Of a DNA stretch of 64,000 nucleotides, positions 59,865 to 64,000 are shown one piece after another. Every line of letters starts with the position of its first letter. The stretch's first letter is position 1. The stretch comes from Squalus acanthias. Its lineage: Eukaryota. The stretch is taken from positions 12,028,001-12,092,000 of the forward strand of contig CM059432.1 in the NCBI GenBank assembly GCA_030390025.1, written 5' to 3'. Under the pieces are notes generated by a model that saw only the letters and a list, made by a program, of their open reading frames with translations, was not told the origin of the DNA and did no database searches. The translations under genes and the position numbers were made by a program.

Positions 59865-60430
59865 ATTACATTACATAGGATATACGGCACAGTAACAGGC
59901 CATTCGGCCCAACCAGTCCATGCTGGCTGGCGTTTATGCTCCACTCGAGCCTCCTCCTGTCTTTCCTCATCTAAATCTATCAGCATAACCCTCTATTCCC
60001 TTCTCCCTCATATGCTTGTCTAGCCTCCCCTTAAATGCATCTATACTGTTCGCTTCAACCACTCCCTGTGGTAGCGAGTTCCACATTCTCACCACACTCT
60101 GGGTAAAGAAGTTTCTTCTGAATTCCCTATTGGATTTCTTGGTGACTATTTTACATTGATGGCCTCTAGTTTTGCTCTTCCCCACTCTCTGTATCCACTC
60201 TATCAAAATTTTTCATAATTTTAAAGACCTCTATTAGGTCACCCCTCAGCCTTCTTTGTTCAAGAGAAAAGAGACCCAGCCTGTTCATCCTTTCCTGATA
60301 GGTATACCCTCACATTTCTGGTATCATCCTTGTAAATCTTCTCTGCACCCTCTCCAGTGCCTCTATATCCTTTTTATAATATGGCGACCAGAACCGTACG
60401 CAGTCCTCCAAGTGCGGTCTAACCAAGTTT
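59865..60430 (-). mobile_element. CR1 3' fragment
   Basis: FFTQSVVRMWNSLP and tail. Confidence 0.75.
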
Positions 60431-60478
60431 CTTTGAGGAGAAAGGGCTATTTCTTTGAGGAGGAAGCATAGATTATAC

Positions 60479-60583
60479 CCGTGTACAAAGTTACATGTTC
60501 CATCGATGGGGTCTATTATCCAGGTGGGATCATCGGTCAGAATGCATTTTTCACCAGCTGCAACCGATTCTTCTCCAATAAAC
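60479..60583 (-). CDS. IMPA2: IMPA2-like exon (105 bp) with the metal-binding motif
   Basis: tgcag| [34 protein letters not shown] |gtataa. Confidence 0.95.
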
Positions 60584-62458
60584 CTGCAACAACAAGCCTT
60601 ATTAAAATTAAAAGAAAGTCAATCCTGCATTACGTTTGTTCATACAGCTATACGCTAGGAGATTACAGTCACTTTAAAAAAAAAACACAGTAATTGAAAT
60701 ACTTTGTTAAGTCTAAAAAGGTGCGTTAAAAATAAAATCTACACAATTTACTAAAAGCGCCTTTTCATGGAAGCTGAACAGGCCTTAATATATGAAGTCA
60801 CATGAACGCAGTGCAGGCTGTGCTTTTCAATTCAGTAAAGGTGCTTGAATTTCCGGCAGAACCACTTACACAAACATGTAATGTAACACCAATGTGATAC
60901 AAGTCTGAGACTGGTAGCTACGGAATCAATTCGCAGCCAGTCCACCCAATCTATAACGCTTGGCCGCAACTGCGTTCTCACAGGCGTGCGGAGTTTAGCT
61001 CCCAGTGCCGGCAAACGTTGAATGGCTTTAGAGCACAGGCGCCAGTATCAGCATTCTTAAAACATTTTTTTTAAAACTCTGCTCGAGTACTCAGGAAGTC
61101 CGACAGATCCTCTTGAACGAGGCTTAATACTGCATTGCATCTATATTCCATTTTATTAACTACCAACTGTGTGTAGCGCAGATTCTCAGGGTTGAATGGC
61201 ACAAAATGGGGCAGCACTTTGAATGAAAATGACTCCCCTATTCAACTTTCCTTCCTCTTTAAAGAATCACCAAATTGAGAATTTTCTCTACAAGTCAAGC
61301 TAAAATTTTAGATTTTTTTTTTAACATCATTATTACTTTCATTTGCCAGTATATGTTCTGATCTGGCACAGTTTAACATTAACTGTACTGTAGCAGGGTG
61401 ATACGATTATTCAATATTGAGGTCAAAACCCGACAGCGTTTCTTAAAAGAGAACAGAAAATGAGCAACGTGTAGTTTCCCCAAATTGTTTTACAAGGCTG
61501 GGTCTCCATAATTAAGCCAGAAACATTCATCTGAAGCTCTGTGCTGCCTAGCAACCACTTAATGTAATTAATATGATCCGTTTGTAATGATGGCAAAATA
61601 ACCACCTAGAAGGACAAGGGCAGCAGGCGCACGGGAACACCACCAGTGCTGCCTCCCCCACTTTCTCCGACACAGAGACTGACAGGCTAGTTGTATACAC
61701 AGACATGCTCACACGAGCTACTTATATACTGAAGAAGCTCGACACCATCCGGGAGAAAGCAGCCCTGCTTGATTGGCACCCCATCCACCACCTTAAACAT
61801 TCACTCCCTCCACCACCGGCGTACCGTGGCTGCAGTGTGTACCATCTACAAGATGCACTGCAGCAACTCGCCAAGGCTTCTTCGGCAGCACCTCCCAAGC
61901 CCGCGACCTCTTCCACCTAGAAGGACAAGGGCAGCAGGCGCATGGGAACACCACCACCTCCAAGTTCCCCTCCAAGTCACACACCATTCTGACTTGGAAG
62001 TATATCGCCGATCCTTCATCGTCGCTGGGTCAAAATCCTGGAACTCCCTCCCTAACAGCACTGTGGGAGTACCTTCACCACAGGGACTGCAGCGGTTCAA
62101 GAAGGCAGATCACCACCACCTTCTCAAGGGCAATTAGGGATAAGGAATAAATGCTGGCCTTGCACACATCCCATGAATGAATAAAGGTCATCATTCCAAG
62201 TATATAAATATAGACTGCTTGGAAAGCAAACACACCGGGGCTGTGTTTATACAGTAGCTATAAAGACAGGTCAAATAGATAGCTACAGTGTTGATTGGCA
62301 GCCAATAACTTCCTGTTTGTATTCTTTAGCTCTTGAGTTCCACCCTCACCAAAGCGCCAATCCCAGCGGGCAAGTTTTAAATGTTTTGAAAGTCCAGGCA
62401 GCAGTGTCCACGCTTTCTAAATGCAACGGGGCAGAGTTTCCACTTGTTTCCGTGAGTA

Positions 62459-64000
62459 ATAGAAACATAGAAACATAGAAAATAGGTACAGGAGTAGACC
62501 ATTCGGTCCTTCGAGCCTGCACCGCCATTCAATGCGTTCATGGCTGAACATGCTACCTCAGTACCCCATTCCTGCTTTTTCGCCATACCCCTTGATCCCC
62601 TTAGTTGTGAGTGTTATATCTGACTCCCTTTTGAATATATTTAGCGAACTGGCCTCAACAACCTTCTGTGGAAGAGAATTCCATAGATTCACCACTCTCT
62701 GGGTGAAGAAGTTCCTCCTCAGCTCAGTCCTAAATGGCTTCCCCTTAATCCTTAGACTGTGACCCCTGGTTCTAGTTTTCCCTACCATTGGGAACATTCT
62801 GCCCGCATCTAATTTGTCTAAACCAGTCAGGATTTTAAATGTCTCTATAAGATCCCCCCTCATTCTTCTGAACTCCAGAGGATACAAGTTCAGTTGACCC
62901 AATCTTTCTTGATATGTCAGTCCGGCCATCCCAGGAATCAATCTAGTGAACCTTCGCTGCACTCCCTCAATAGCAAGAATGTCCTTCCTTAAGTTAGGAG
63001 ACCAAAACTGCGCACAATACTCCAGGTGTGGCCTCACCAAGGCCCTGTACAACTGTAGCATCACCTCCCTACTCCTGTACTCAAATCCCCTTGCTATGAA
63101 GGCCATCATTCCGTTTGCTTTCTTGACTGCCTGCTGCACTTGCATTCCCACCTTCAGTGACTGATGTACCATGACGCCCAGGTCTCGTTGCACGTCCCCT
63201 TTCCCTAATCTGCCACCATTCAGGTAATAGTCCGCCTCTCTATTTTTACCACCAAAGTGGATAACCTCACATTTATCCACATTGTACTTCATCTGCCATA
63301 CATTTGCCCATTCACCCAACCTGTCCAAGTCACTCTGTAGCCTCCTAGCATCCCCCTCATTGTTCACACTGCCTCCCAATTTAGTGTCATCCGCAAATTT
63401 GGAGATATTACATTTAATCCCTTCGTCCAAATCATTAATATATAATGTAAACAGCTGGGGTCCCAGCACCGAACCCTGCGGTACCCCGCTGGTCACTGCC
63501 TGCCATTCTGAAAAGTACCCATTTACTCCTACTCTTTGTTTCCTGTGTGCCAACCAGTTCTCAATCCACGTCAACACATTACCCCCAATCCCATGTGCTT
63601 TAACTTTGCTCACCAATCTCTTGTGTGGGACCTTGTCGAAGGCCTTCTGAAAGTCCAAATACACCACGTCTACTGGTTCCCCCCTGTCCACCCTATTGGA
63701 AACATCCTCAAAAAATTCCAGAAGATTTGTCAAGCATGATTTCCCTTTCACAAATCCATGCTGACTTGGACCTATCATGTCGCCACTTTCCAAATGGTCT
63801 GTTATGACATCTTTAATAATTGCTTCCATCATTTTACCCACGACCGATGTCAGGCTGACCGGTCTATAATTCCCTGCTTTCTCCCTCCCTCCTTTTTTAA
63901 AAAGAGGGGTTACATTGGCCACCCTCCACTCCATCGGAACTGATCCAGAGTCTAAGGAATGTTGGAAAATGATCGTCAATGCATCCACTATTTCCAAGGC
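62459..64000 (-). mobile_element. CR1 LINE ORF2 (RT), open frame running off the window edge
   Basis: ORF 62558-63997: NYRPVSLTS, QHGF, PQGSVLGP, FADDTK; (TTTCTATG)n tail. Confidence 0.93.

Noticed and set aside
60584..64000. IMPA 5' coding exons
   Set aside because: I found no DLVTxTD-type sequence by eye; they probably lie beyond the window.
1..64000. CRISPR array or prokaryotic operon
   Set aside because: No regularly spaced repeat-spacer array; the sequence is intron-containing vertebrate DNA.

Overview
Repeat-rich eukaryotic DNA, most likely from a cartilaginous fish (shark): it carries HE1-like V-SINE, DeuSINE/SacSINE1-like, CR1, L2 and RTE repeats. There are two convergent host genes. 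A complete 6-exon cathepsin Z (CTSZ, + strand, 9139-28447, 307 aa) faces six 3' coding exons of an inositol monophosphatase (IMPA2-like, - strand, 60583 down to 37484; its 5' exons were not found and probably lie beyond the window). Main mobile-element findings: (1) a young, intact Gypsy LTR retrotransposon (2807-7287) with no tRNA-type PBS but a perfect 11-nt complement to its own LTR, a YLDN RT motif and a duplicated PPT plus LTR start; (2) nested fold-back Penelope-like elements carrying minimal hammerhead ribozyme motifs inside CTSZ and IMPA introns; (3) an apparently ORF1-less LINE whose 5' and 3' ends together make up a local SINE family; (4) hAT- and Harbinger-type MITEs; (5) a 2-kb pyrimidine minisatellite. 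Repeat family names come from my recognition of motifs, not from database searches. Boundaries of decayed repeats are approximate.
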